Shown here piece by piece: positions 51,077 to 60,368 of a DNA stretch of 64,000 nt; the stretch's first letter is position 1, and each line of letters begins with the position of its first letter. The notes beneath the pieces were generated by a model. That model did no database searches, was not told the DNA's origin, and worked only from the letters and a program-made list of their open reading frames with translations. The translations under genes were made by a program, and so were the position numbers. This DNA is from Desulfomonilia bacterium. Its GTDB lineage: Bacteria > Desulfobacterota > Desulfomonilia > UBA1062. Location of the stretch: the NCBI GenBank assembly GCA_963664325.2, contig CAXXDQ010000008.1:256001-320000 (forward strand), written 5' to 3'.

Positions 51077-52011
51077 CAACAATCTCCTTGTTTTTTAAAT
51101 ATGAACAGATCCGGATCATATCTGTAATTTTTTAAGGCTGTTGCAGTCAGGGGTGATATTGGCTGAAGTATATTTGATATTGAGGTGATTTTTTCATCAC
51201 TTAAAATGATTTTGGACACCACTTCCAAATCAATATGAATGTCCGGATATCTTTCCTTGATGTCATCAAGGAACAGGCAGTCGCTCATTGCCTTGTTCGG
51301 GTTGAGGATTGTCACAGGGCCGTCAAAGTATTTTTCAAGCTTTTCTCTGAAAATATCGTGGCTGTATCCGTAATGGGTGCAACAGAAGGCAGAAATAACC
51401 GGCAGTGTTTTATCACCGGCCTTTTCAGAAGCCTCGAGTATATAGCGGTCTATCATATCAGTCACGGTTCTGCTCGCCGGTGCTTTTTCAATCTCGCCTG
51501 CAAGCTTGTCGCATGGTTGGAGAATTATGCGATCTTCGCTTATGCCGTTTTCCATCAATCTGGTTTTGTGCGAGTACGCTTCAATGGTTGTTGGCGTCCC
51601 AAGGATAATAACCCGGCTGTCAGGATGGGAGATCAACTCTTTGTAGATCATCATGACCCCGAAATCAATGATATCGACAACCGGTATTGCTGTATTACGG
51701 CTGAATTCAGTATGTGAATAAATTGTCGAGAGTGTGTTGCATGCGATCATTATCATGTCAGGTTTAAACCGTTCCATACCCTTAAGAGCGCAGTTGAACA
51801 CACGGATTTTTTCGGCCATGTCGGGAAGCAGGTTGTAGCCCCTGTTTTGTTCGGGCCAGGCGTTAAAGTAGGTCAGTTTCGAATTTTTGAAGCTGTGGTA
51901 CAGATTCAGGTTTTTGACGATTTCAGCACATACAGAAAGTCCTCCAAGGCCTGAATCGGTGATCAATAAAGACAAGTTGTCCTTGTTTGCTAAAGAGTCC
52001 ATTCTGATCAT
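51076..52011 (-). CDS. Asp/Glu racemase family protein
   Basis: TDSGLGGLSV; both catalytic Cys motifs present (IACNT and CCTHY); ATGA overlap with the capA-like stop. Confidence 0.88.
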   Translation of the reverse strand: MIRMDSLANKDNLSLLITDSGLGGLSVCAEIVKNLNLYHSFKNSKLTYFNAWPEQNRGYNLLPDMAEKIRVFNCALKGMERFKPDMIMIACNTLSTIYSHTEFSRNTAIPVVDIIDFGVMMIYKELISHPDSRVIILGTPTTIEAYSHKTRLMENGISEDRIILQPCDKLAGEIEKAPASRTVTDMIDRYILEASEKAGDKTLPVISAFCCTHYGYSHDIFREKLEKYFDGPVTILNPNKAMSDCLFLDDIKERYPDIHIDLEVVSKIILSDEKITSISNILQPISPLTATALKNYRYDPDLFIFKKQGDC

Positions 52012-53246
52012 CGCTTTTCTGTTAGCCATTTAGCTGTCAGGTCATATGCCCAGGCTGGGGAGTCGTCTATCGTCCCATCCATGATCCTTGTCATTGCATC
52101 AATCCAATGCTGGTTGTGCTGCATTGTCGACACGCGGTTGCGGAACATGGCAGCCCCTTTATTAGGCTCATCCTCCAGTTTCTTCATAATCATATTGATC
52201 TCTTTTTGAAAACCGGTGACTCCGTAATAACGCAAAAATCCGTACCAGGCATCCATGACTGAATGTTCATCTGCAAGCGGCTGGGATATTATTTTCAGAT
52301 CATTAAAAAATCGGTCACATTTATCTTCTTTAAGCAGGCTGATGCCCTCGGCGCCTATCTCATAAGGGATAATTCTTAAATTGGAAATACAGCCTTTCGC
52401 AAGCCCGGCTTTAACAAGATAACCCGTTTTGCGATAGAGGAGGTCGGTTTCCTGATAAAATACAAAATTACCCAGGCTGTAGCAGATCGGCGTATTGTTG
52501 TGTATTTGAATGCCTTGCGGAACGTGGGGATGGTGGCCTATGATCAGATCCGCGCCAGCCTCGGCGATGAGCTTGAATGCATTTGTCACATAGGGGGGAG
52601 GAAAGGCTATATACTCAACACCGCAGTGGCAGATAACGATAATAATGTCGGCAGCTTTTCGAAGTTCCTCAACCAGACATGCAACCCTTTCAACTTCCCA
52701 TCCGAATACGCCAGGCCCGTGAACAGCCGCTGTCAGGTCTTCTCCTTCGCTGAAGTTGACTATTCCGATTTTAATTCCCTTGAGGTCAATAATCAGCGGG
52801 GATCGGGCTTCTTCGGCAGAATTTCCAGCGCCAAGGAAACGAATGGAATTTTCTTCCAAAAGTTTTTTAGTCTGATTGAACGCTTCAATACCATAATCAA
52901 ATACGTGATTGTTTCCAAGGGTCACGACATCAAAAGGAACCGATGTGAGTCCCCTGATATGTTCAGGACGGCCTTTGAAAACTGCGCCGCTCTTCCATAC
53001 CGGGGTATCTCCAAATAGCGTACATTCCAGATTGGTGATGCGGAGATCGCTGTTCCGTAAAGAAGGCAGTACATCTCCATAGATGACTTCGGGTGTCTGC
53101 TCTATTATCCGATCGAATTCACGAATTGGTGCCCAGTCGCCGGAAATTATGATTTCGACCTCGGTCCCGGATGATTTCTCATTTATCCAGTATCCGTTAT
53201 CCCAATCAAAACCATCAGGTGTCTGGTGGTTGCTATTAATGTCCAT
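52008..53246 (-). CDS. CapA/PgsA family metallophosphoesterase-fold protein
   Basis: SGD, TNLE, LGNNHVFDYG, CHCGVEY, IIGHHPHVPQ and YSLGNFVF. Confidence 0.9.
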   Translation of the reverse strand: MDINSNHQTPDGFDWDNGYWINEKSSGTEVEIIISGDWAPIREFDRIIEQTPEVIYGDVLPSLRNSDLRITNLECTLFGDTPVWKSGAVFKGRPEHIRGLTSVPFDVVTLGNNHVFDYGIEAFNQTKKLLEENSIRFLGAGNSAEEARSPLIIDLKGIKIGIVNFSEGEDLTAAVHGPGVFGWEVERVACLVEELRKAADIIIVICHCGVEYIAFPPPYVTNAFKLIAEAGADLIIGHHPHVPQGIQIHNNTPICYSLGNFVFYQETDLLYRKTGYLVKAGLAKGCISNLRIIPYEIGAEGISLLKEDKCDRFFNDLKIISQPLADEHSVMDAWYGFLRYYGVTGFQKEINMIMKKLEDEPNKGAAMFRNRVSTMQHNQHWIDAMTRIMDGTIDDSPAWAYDLTAKWLTEKR

Positions 53247-53260
53247 AAGTGTATCTGCCT

Positions 53261-54433
53261 TTATACATAAACTCTCGGTACACGTGATGAAAAAGATGAT
53301 ACAATCTCATAATTAATTGTTCCTATCGAGCGGGCAATCTCATCAGCGGTGATCTCATTGTCACCCTGCTTTCCTATCAAGACGACCTCATCTTCAACAT
53401 CAATGTTTTCAAGATTTCCAACATCTATCATGGTAAGATCCATACAGATCCTTCCCACGACAGGGGCTTTCTGCCCCCTTACCAGCACAAAGCTGTTGGA
53501 AGAGAACAGCCTTTTGTAGCCATCCGCGTAGCCTATAGGTATTGTGGCAATTTTAGTAGGTCTGGGACTTTCCCAAGTGCATCCATAGCTGACTTTAAAA
53601 CCCGCAGGCACATCTTTGAGATGAATGACGGTGGATTTAATTGTCATGACGGGTTTGAGGTTAATCAAGTCTCTATTTGTTTCTTCCGAAGGCCAAAGTC
53701 CATACAGGGCAATTCCCGGTCTTACCATATCCAGATGAGTTTCAGGCATTTCTATTGTGGCTGCGCTATTGGCTGCATGGCGTAATTCAACTTCGAAAGA
53801 ATTTTTCTTCAGTTGATCAAGGATATCCAAAAATATGTTGAACTGTGAGAGTGCATGGGTTTTATCACGGCTGTCTGCGCGTGCGAAATGTGTGTATATC
53901 CCTTCAATTTGGAGTCCCGGCATTCCGGCGATATTCAGAATGTCCTTTACCGTCGTGTTCAGGTCACCCTTTGAGAAGGGCATCAATCTCGGAACGTTTG
54001 ACATGACGCCAAGCCTTCCCATCCCGGTGTCGATTTTGATATGCGCCTTTATGCGTTTATGCTGCCTGAAGGCCTCTCCTGAAAGTGCTTTGGCGGATTC
54101 AAATGAGTTAATTGAAGCCCTGATGTCATTTGCTGCCAGATAATCTATGTAACCTGGAGGGCTGTATCCAAAAAGCAGTATTGGCGCGGTTATGCCCGCC
54201 TGCCTGAGCTGTGCTGCCTCGGATATCCTTGCAACTGCAAGATAATCAGCGCCGTTGGCCAATGCTGTCCGGGAGACCTGTACCGCACCATGACCATAAC
54301 CGTCAGCCTTTACAACCGCCATTATCCTGGAGTTTTTTGAGGTAACACGTCTCAGTTCATGCAGGTTATTGGTAAGGGCTTTGAGATTGATTTCGGCCCT
54401 TGTAAGAAGTGGTATTTCGTCGCCGATGTTCAT
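53261..54433 (-). CDS. alr: Alanine racemase
   Basis: AVVKADGYGHG, HIKIDTGMGRLG, YTHFA, HAANSAA, VRPGIALYG, IGYADG, GRICMD and TINYE. Confidence 0.96.
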   Translation of the reverse strand: MNIGDEIPLLTRAEINLKALTNNLHELRRVTSKNSRIMAVVKADGYGHGAVQVSRTALANGADYLAVARISEAAQLRQAGITAPILLFGYSPPGYIDYLAANDIRASINSFESAKALSGEAFRQHKRIKAHIKIDTGMGRLGVMSNVPRLMPFSKGDLNTTVKDILNIAGMPGLQIEGIYTHFARADSRDKTHALSQFNIFLDILDQLKKNSFEVELRHAANSAATIEMPETHLDMVRPGIALYGLWPSEETNRDLINLKPVMTIKSTVIHLKDVPAGFKVSYGCTWESPRPTKIATIPIGYADGYKRLFSSNSFVLVRGQKAPVVGRICMDLTMIDVGNLENIDVEDEVVLIGKQGDNEITADEIARSIGTINYEIVSSFSSRVPRVYV

Positions 54434-54439
54434 TTCTGT

Positions 54440-55285
54440 TTATAGTTTTCCCTCACCATATTCCGTCGTGTATTCTTTGAACAAACGCATGACTTCGAGT
54501 GTGTTTTTCCCGACCATGCCGCCGCCTATCTTCAAATCATTTACCTTCACAACCGGGACTATTTCTTTGTTCGATGCGGTAATGAAAACCTCTTCCATGC
54601 TTTCAAGTTCCGATTTATCGATATCCCGGATTTCCACTTTGAAAGGCTCCTTGACAAGCTTTAAGACCACACTTCTTGTGATTCCCGGTAATATATCCTG
54701 ATTCGATGTTATAAGTTTGCCGTTCTTGAAGAAGAAAAAGTTTGTTGTCGTACCTTCAAGAATGCGGTTTTGCCTGTCAACATAAATGGCTTCAACACCG
54801 CCCTCTTTTTTGGCCTGCTGCTGTGCGAAAACCGCAGAGAGGTAATTCGTGCTCTTGGCTCCGGGGATAAATCTTTCCATGTCGACGGTTATGACTTTAA
54901 CGCCATCGGTGTACCATGAGGGAGGGAGCATATGCTTGTCAGTTACCATGACCATCAGTATTCCTTTGCCTTCAGGTGAGACTCCGTCGGAACTTACGCC
55001 GCCGGTATACACTATGCGGATATTGGATTCCTTATGGTGAGGGTTCTTCTTAATGGTTTCTTCTACGATTTCACAAATCTGAGCGTTTGTGTGTTTTAGT
55101 TCAAGACCGATATATTTGGCTGAGTTCTCAAGGCGCCCGACATGCTCTTTAAGATAGAATGGACGTCTGTTGTAGGTAATAAGGAAGTCGAATACCCCGA
55201 ATCCCCTTAATACGACTATGTCTTTTGCGCATAAAACCGCCTTGTCGTCATCCACGAATTGTCCGTCAATGTAGTAAGTGTCCAT
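54440..55285 (-). CDS. Class IV PLP aminotransferase (D-amino-acid/branched-chain type)
   Basis: LRGFGVFD, H..RLENSA, AKSTNYL, EGTTTN, ILPGITR and EVFITAS. Confidence 0.9.
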   Translation of the reverse strand: MDTYYIDGQFVDDDKAVLCAKDIVVLRGFGVFDFLITYNRRPFYLKEHVGRLENSAKYIGLELKHTNAQICEIVEETIKKNPHHKESNIRIVYTGGVSSDGVSPEGKGILMVMVTDKHMLPPSWYTDGVKVITVDMERFIPGAKSTNYLSAVFAQQQAKKEGGVEAIYVDRQNRILEGTTTNFFFFKNGKLITSNQDILPGITRSVVLKLVKEPFKVEIRDIDKSELESMEEVFITASNKEIVPVVKVNDLKIGGGMVGKNTLEVMRLFKEYTTEYGEGKL

Positions 55286-55540
55286 ATATTTCTCATCCTC
55301 TCAATTATTAGTCTGTATAACGGCATAATTTGAACTGCTTTTTGTGTCAATTAAATAATGACTAAAAAAGAATATTGAATGAGGTGTAAATGTATTAAAG
55401 CTAAATTTCAGGTTCAAATAGTATTGTATAAAGTAATTTAAATATAATCACTGGCTATGATCTGCTTGAAAAGAATTCCAAATATCTAATAGAAATTACA
55501 AGTATTAAAATAAGCAGACGATTGTTTCTGATAGTCGGAA

Positions 55541-55577
55541 ACAGGAAAAAGCGGGAAAATCTTCCGCTTTTTCCTGT
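55541..55577 (-). terminator. Intrinsic terminator after flxA
   Basis: ACAGGAAAAAGCGGGA...TTCCGCTTTTTCCTGT inverted repeat. Confidence 0.8.
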
Positions 55578-55594
55578 AAGGAAAAGATTTGATC

Positions 55595-56434
55595 CTAATA
55601 TTCTTTTGTAAGTTTATCGAGCTCTGCCAGAGAGAACACCGGCCCGTCCTTGCAGACATATTTATGTCCGACATTGCAGCGGCCGCATTTGCCTATTCCG
55701 CACTTCATCCTCATTTCAAGAGATGTGAGGATGTTCTCTTTGGAAAAGTTCAGATCAAAGAAAACCGGCAGTGTAAACCTGATCATGATCGGAGGTCCGC
55801 AGATAACTGTGACAGCGTTTTCATTGCTTGGTGCAACATCCTTGCAGACCGTAGGGACAAATCCCTCCCGGCCTTTCCAGCCTGAATCAGCCTTGTCCAC
55901 CGTAACATGCAGGTCAATATCAGCTCTTTTACCCCATGCTTCGAGCTCATCTTTATAAAGAAGAAGACCCGGATTTCTTGCTCCATATATGCAGGTTATA
56001 TTTCCGAAGTCTTTGCGGTTTTTCTCGTCGAGCATATAAATGATGAGAGAACGCAGCGTCGTAAAGGCAAAACCTCCGCCGACGACAACGATATTTTTCC
56101 CCTTTAGAAATTCAAGAGGCCATGAATTGCCCAGAGGCCCCCTGATTCCCATTACAGCGCCTTCTTCCATTTCGTGCAGTGCGGAAGTAACAACTCCCGC
56201 CTTCTGTACCGTGAATTCGACATAGCCCTTTTGCGTCGGTGAACTTGCGATACCAATCGGGGACTCGCCCTTACCGTAAATGGAAAGTTCACCGAACTGG
56301 CCCGGAATATATGCAAACTTCTGCTCGTCTTCCGGATTGACAAATACAAATCTGAAAGATTTGATATCCTTTGTGTCAACTTCGGTAATTATTTTATCAA
56401 CCCTCACCGGGAAGGGAACATAAGGATTATTCAT
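55595..56434 (-). CDS. flxA: FAD/NAD(P)-binding [2Fe-2S] oxidoreductase, FlxA-like
   Basis: PGQF, RGPLGN, CGPPIMIRF and EMRMKCGIGKCGRCN...CKDGPVF. Confidence 0.88.
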   Translation of the reverse strand: MNNPYVPFPVRVDKIITEVDTKDIKSFRFVFVNPEDEQKFAYIPGQFGELSIYGKGESPIGIASSPTQKGYVEFTVQKAGVVTSALHEMEEGAVMGIRGPLGNSWPLEFLKGKNIVVVGGGFAFTTLRSLIIYMLDEKNRKDFGNITCIYGARNPGLLLYKDELEAWGKRADIDLHVTVDKADSGWKGREGFVPTVCKDVAPSNENAVTVICGPPIMIRFTLPVFFDLNFSKENILTSLEMRMKCGIGKCGRCNVGHKYVCKDGPVFSLAELDKLTKEY

Positions 56435-56437
56435 TGC

Positions 56438-57475
56438 TCACCCCTGACTCTGTTTTGAAATATCTTCGACAATTTTGCGTATATCAAGATTGACAGGGCA
56501 GTACATTACACACCTGCCGCAGCCTACACATGCAATCGCATCGAAGTTGTCTACATAATAGCGGAATTTATGCATCACCCTCTGGCGCCATCTTTCTTTC
56601 TGTGAAGGCCTGGGATTATGGCCCGATGTTTCCTTTGTGAACAGCCAGAACATGCAGGAATCCCAGTTCCTGACCCTTTTCCCGTCTCCACCTTTCGTCT
56701 CGTCCTGTATATCGAAGCAGTGGCATGTAGGACACAAGTAGGTGCATGTGCCGCAGGCCAGGCATTTCTGATGGATTGTATTCCAGAACCCATGTTCGAA
56801 GTTGGCATCCAGCCAGGGTTTGATTTCTTTGGCCGGGATATTCGATTTGATTTGAGAGACAGCTGATGCTGCAATCTCCTCTTTCTTTTTTTCTGCTTTT
56901 TTATCGGCCTTTTTACCACCAAAATGTTCAGCAAGTTTCCCGCCTTTTTCGGTAAGGAATTCAACAAGACAGTTCTCGCCGAGATCGGTTATCATTACGT
57001 CAACACCTTCTGTAGATGTCGGGCTGCCGCCAACCGATGTGCAGAAACAGCTGGTGTAAGGAACCTTTGAACAGGCTATTGCAACTACTGTAGTGTTGTT
57101 CCTTTTCTCGATATAATAGGGATCCTTGTATTTTTCCTGATCAAAGAGAAAATCCAGAAGCCAGAAACTTCTTGCATCGCAGGGTCTCACGCCAAAGAGT
57201 ACAGCAGGCACCGCATCAAGGGTTTCACCTGAAAATTCCACACCGGCCTTTGTCCTCGTGTATTTAAGCATGCATTCGCTTCTGGGGAACATGTAATTTT
57301 TTGGTGCATTCTTGGTATTGCCTGCTCCAAGTTTGACCTTATCGCTTTTCTTAAGAGGTGCGAAAAGAACATTGTCCTCATCTGCAACCGGTGCGATCAC
57401 GGTCATGGTTTCGGCAAGCTTTTCAGCAATTGCAGCCAACTCGTCTTTTGCAATAAGTTTTTTTTCCATAGCCAT
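56438..57475 (-). CDS. flxB: 4Fe-4S dicluster protein, FlxB/AsrA-like
   Basis: GVRPCD, CFCTS.GG.P, CLACGTCTYLCPTCHCF, WDSC and CVGCGRC..CP. Confidence 0.85.
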   Translation of the reverse strand: MAMEKKLIAKDELAAIAEKLAETMTVIAPVADEDNVLFAPLKKSDKVKLGAGNTKNAPKNYMFPRSECMLKYTRTKAGVEFSGETLDAVPAVLFGVRPCDARSFWLLDFLFDQEKYKDPYYIEKRNNTTVVAIACSKVPYTSCFCTSVGGSPTSTEGVDVMITDLGENCLVEFLTEKGGKLAEHFGGKKADKKAEKKKEEIAASAVSQIKSNIPAKEIKPWLDANFEHGFWNTIHQKCLACGTCTYLCPTCHCFDIQDETKGGDGKRVRNWDSCMFWLFTKETSGHNPRPSQKERWRQRVMHKFRYYVDNFDAIACVGCGRCVMYCPVNLDIRKIVEDISKQSQG

Positions 57476-57485
57476 CTCTCTTTCC

Positions 57486-58334
57486 TTAAATGAGTCCGAG
57501 TCCCTTTAGGAGCGGCGTTCCGTCAACATTATGCAGCTTTGCCCAGGTCTCAGGCCCTTCAACTCCCATTGCCAGTGCGAGCAGTTCGGTGAAATAAAAC
57601 ACGGGCAGCTTGAGGTTTGCGCTTGCCCTCATGTCAAGGTTTGCCATGCATATCGGGCATGCAACTACAACGCAGTTTGCACCCGCCTCCCGGGCCATGC
57701 TCATGAGTTTGTCAACCATATTGTTAACGACCTTTGTCATGCTGATAGTAAGGCTTCCGCCGCAGCAGTCTGTCTTGTATGACCACTGCTTGACCTCTGC
57801 CCCCACTGTTTCCATAATCTTGTCCAGCAGGACAGGGTTTTCATAATTGTCGAAATTGCAGATCTCTTTAGGCCTCAAAAGCAGGCAGCCGTAATAAGAT
57901 ACCGGCCTCAAGCCCTTAAGCGGTTTTGTAACCTTTTTTGCAAGCTCTTCCAGTCCTATTTCGTTTATTATGATGTCAATCGGATTGCGGATTGTAATGC
58001 TGCCCTCATACTTGCCGCCGATGATTTTTTCAATCTCTTCTTTAAGCTTGTCGTTTTCCTTCAGGTGATGCTGTGCGCTCCTGAGGCGGTTGAAGCATGC
58101 GGCGCACGGGACCATTACATCCATGCCCGTTTTTTCTGCAGCAACAAGATCACGTGCCGGCAGCGCAACAGAAAGCTTGTAGTTGGTGCTGTGCGCGGCG
58201 GTTGCTCCGCAGCATGACCAGTCCTTGATTTCATCAAGTTCAATGCCAAGGGCGGCGCTCACGGCCGTAACGGATTCCCCGTACTCCCTGGCCGTGCCAT
58301 GCAGTGAACATCCTGGATAATATGAAAGTTTCAA
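57486..58334 (-). CDS. hdrB: Heterodisulfide reductase subunit B-like
   Basis: YYPGCSL, WSCCGA, PCAACF, YYGCLL, DCCGG and ACPIC (two CCG domains); TTG start after AAGGAGG. Confidence 0.93.
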   Translation of the reverse strand: MKLSYYPGCSLHGTAREYGESVTAVSAALGIELDEIKDWSCCGATAAHSTNYKLSVALPARDLVAAEKTGMDVMVPCAACFNRLRSAQHHLKENDKLKEEIEKIIGGKYEGSITIRNPIDIIINEIGLEELAKKVTKPLKGLRPVSYYGCLLLRPKEICNFDNYENPVLLDKIMETVGAEVKQWSYKTDCCGGSLTISMTKVVNNMVDKLMSMAREAGANCVVVACPICMANLDMRASANLKLPVFYFTELLALAMGVEGPETWAKLHNVDGTPLLKGLGLI

Positions 58335-58346
58335 GATGCGCCTCCT

Positions 58347-58880
58347 TTATTTTGTTTCCCTGAATATTTTCCTCACCGCAGTCATATCTTTTGTCCGCGG
58401 TGATATAGGGTGGATCTTACCTTTCATGAACATGCCCATACCCATTATAACGTCCGAGAAAAGATCGCCTGACCAGAGCTTGTACTCGGCCATCATCATG
58501 CCCTCATTTATACGGCCGTTTACCCAGATGTTGTGGAGGAAGGCCTTGTGCAGCTTGTAAATATTCTTTTCCTTGGGCGCATAACCCTGATCGAGCGCCA
58601 TCTCTCTCAAAACATCCATCATATGGGCAATGTCAACCTCATTGGGGCAGCGGGTTATACAGGTCTCGCAAGAGGCGCACATCCAGATGGTTGAGGAATT
58701 TAAAACTTCATCCTTCTGTCCGTTCTGTATCATCTTGATAACCCTGTTCGGGTTATACTCCATGATATTTGCCATCGGGCAGCCAGCCGTGCATTTGCGG
58801 CAGTGGTAACAGCGCTGCAGAGGCACACCGTGTATCTTTTCGTTAACTTCGGCTAGAAAGCTGTTCATATTTTCATCCAC
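58347..58880 (-). CDS. hdrC: Heterodisulfide reductase subunit C-like
   Basis: CYHCRKCTAGCP and IWMCASCETCITRCP. Confidence 0.92.
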   Translation of the reverse strand: MDENMNSFLAEVNEKIHGVPLQRCYHCRKCTAGCPMANIMEYNPNRVIKMIQNGQKDEVLNSSTIWMCASCETCITRCPNEVDIAHMMDVLREMALDQGYAPKEKNIYKLHKAFLHNIWVNGRINEGMMMAEYKLWSGDLFSDVIMGMGMFMKGKIHPISPRTKDMTAVRKIFRETK

Positions 58881-58883
58881 CTT

Positions 58884-59897
58884 TTATGGGTGATATACAA
58901 AATCTTCTTTGTCGTTCTCACGGTATGTGCTGAGTGGCGGCACATCCTCCATTTTTGCTCCTGCCCTCGTTTCGAAGAGTTCCAGTACGTCCTTGTCAAT
59001 CTTTTTGAGGTACGCCCTCAGATCGACTCCCATCGGGCAGGCGTTTATGCAGCTCCCGCAGTCTACGCATCGGCCCACCATATGGAAGATGCGAAGCATC
59101 TGGAAGAGCTGTGTGTCCGATGCATCCGACGAAAGGCCTGTAAACTGGGGCTGTGACTGTTCGACAAAACACATCTTGCAGTAGCAGCTTGGACAGGCCT
59201 GGCGGCAGGCATAGCAGCGTATGCATTTTGACATCTCTTTGACGAAATATGCGAACCTTTCGTCGGTGCTCAATTTTTCGATGGCTTCGATCTTCTCATA
59301 TTCCTTATCCGGCTGCATTGCAGGTGCGGGGTCTCCGGCCATAACGTCCGAGATGAGAGGGTTGTTGAAGCGGCAGGTGATGCAGTTATCAGCCAGCACA
59401 TCGCTTAATGCGATCTTCTTTTCTCCGGATGCCGTCTTTACTGCGACCTGGCCTGAAGCAACCGAGCCCTCGATGATTTCTTCGTTGTCAATAATGATGG
59501 CTAGCTTTTTCCTGTCAATATAGCCGGTGCATGGAACACCGATAATGACTATCTCATCCCTGTCATACTGTTTTTCCTGAAGATGAAGGATAATTGAGCG
59601 GCTGGTGCAGCCCTTTGCTATTATCCCGACTGCCTTCTTTTTTCTGTCTTCCGGATTTCTTATTTTTCGCTGAGCTTCCTTGTGAGCCGAGAGTATATCG
59701 GTTGCAAATTTAGCCAGATTCTGATAGCAGCCTTCATCCCATACAAGCTTGTCTGCATCTTCGGCTTTTGTAATAAAAACGGGTGATGAAATCAGCGGCA
59801 GGGTCCCCTTCTCGTAGCCAATGACGACATCAACCTTTCCGTCTGCGAGGAGCTTTCTGGCTTCTTCCCTTATTTTTGCATTTATTTTTTCATCCAT
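58884..59897 (-). CDS. flxC: 4Fe-4S protein, FlxC-like
   Basis: VIGYEKG, KGC.SRS, CIRCYACRQACP.CYC..C and GRCVDCGSC..ACP. Confidence 0.8.
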   Translation of the reverse strand: MDEKINAKIREEARKLLADGKVDVVIGYEKGTLPLISSPVFITKAEDADKLVWDEGCYQNLAKFATDILSAHKEAQRKIRNPEDRKKKAVGIIAKGCTSRSIILHLQEKQYDRDEIVIIGVPCTGYIDRKKLAIIIDNEEIIEGSVASGQVAVKTASGEKKIALSDVLADNCITCRFNNPLISDVMAGDPAPAMQPDKEYEKIEAIEKLSTDERFAYFVKEMSKCIRCYACRQACPSCYCKMCFVEQSQPQFTGLSSDASDTQLFQMLRIFHMVGRCVDCGSCINACPMGVDLRAYLKKIDKDVLELFETRAGAKMEDVPPLSTYRENDKEDFVYHP

Positions 59898-59911
59898 ATC
59901 GGGGCTCCCAA

Positions 59912-60343
59912 TCAGTAGCTTTTTACGAGCTTGGAGGCAGGCCCAAGTTCCTTGACCTTGGCTGTTACGCCCTTTATAACCTGAGCGAATCGCTCTCCTT
60001 CTGAGGCAGATACCCAGGTGAACATTGTCCTGTCCGGTTCAATTCCTATATAGCCAAGAAATCTCTTCAGAATGGCAAATTTGCGGCGTGCATGGTAATT
60101 GCCAGTGATATAGTGGCATTCGCCCGGGTGACATCCGGATACAAGAACACCGTCAGCCCCTTCCTGCAATGCGCGCATGATGTAGAACGGGTTGATCCTT
60201 CCGGTGCAGGGCACCCTGATAATTCTGACATTGGGCGGATACTGAATCCTGCTGATGCCTGCGAGGTCTGCTCCCGCATAGGTACACCAGTTGCAGACGA
60301 TGGCAACTATTTTCGGTTCCCAGCCTTGTTTAACTTCAGCCAT
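59912..60343 (-). CDS. mvhD: MvhD/FlxD [2Fe-2S] subunit
   Basis: CNWCTYAGADLAG, RVPCTGR, GADGVLVSGCHPGECHY and WVSASEG. Confidence 0.95.
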   Translation of the reverse strand: MAEVKQGWEPKIVAIVCNWCTYAGADLAGISRIQYPPNVRIIRVPCTGRINPFYIMRALQEGADGVLVSGCHPGECHYITGNYHARRKFAILKRFLGYIGIEPDRTMFTWVSASEGERFAQVIKGVTAKVKELGPASKLVKSY

Positions 60344-60368
60344 AAAAGTTCTCCAATCTATCCTTGTC

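Noticed and set aside
37760-54520. Genomic island integrated at tRNA-Pro, with TTCCCGACCAT repeated near 54507
   Set aside because: The match is only about 11 nt and lies inside a coding region; no integrase or other mobility gene is present.
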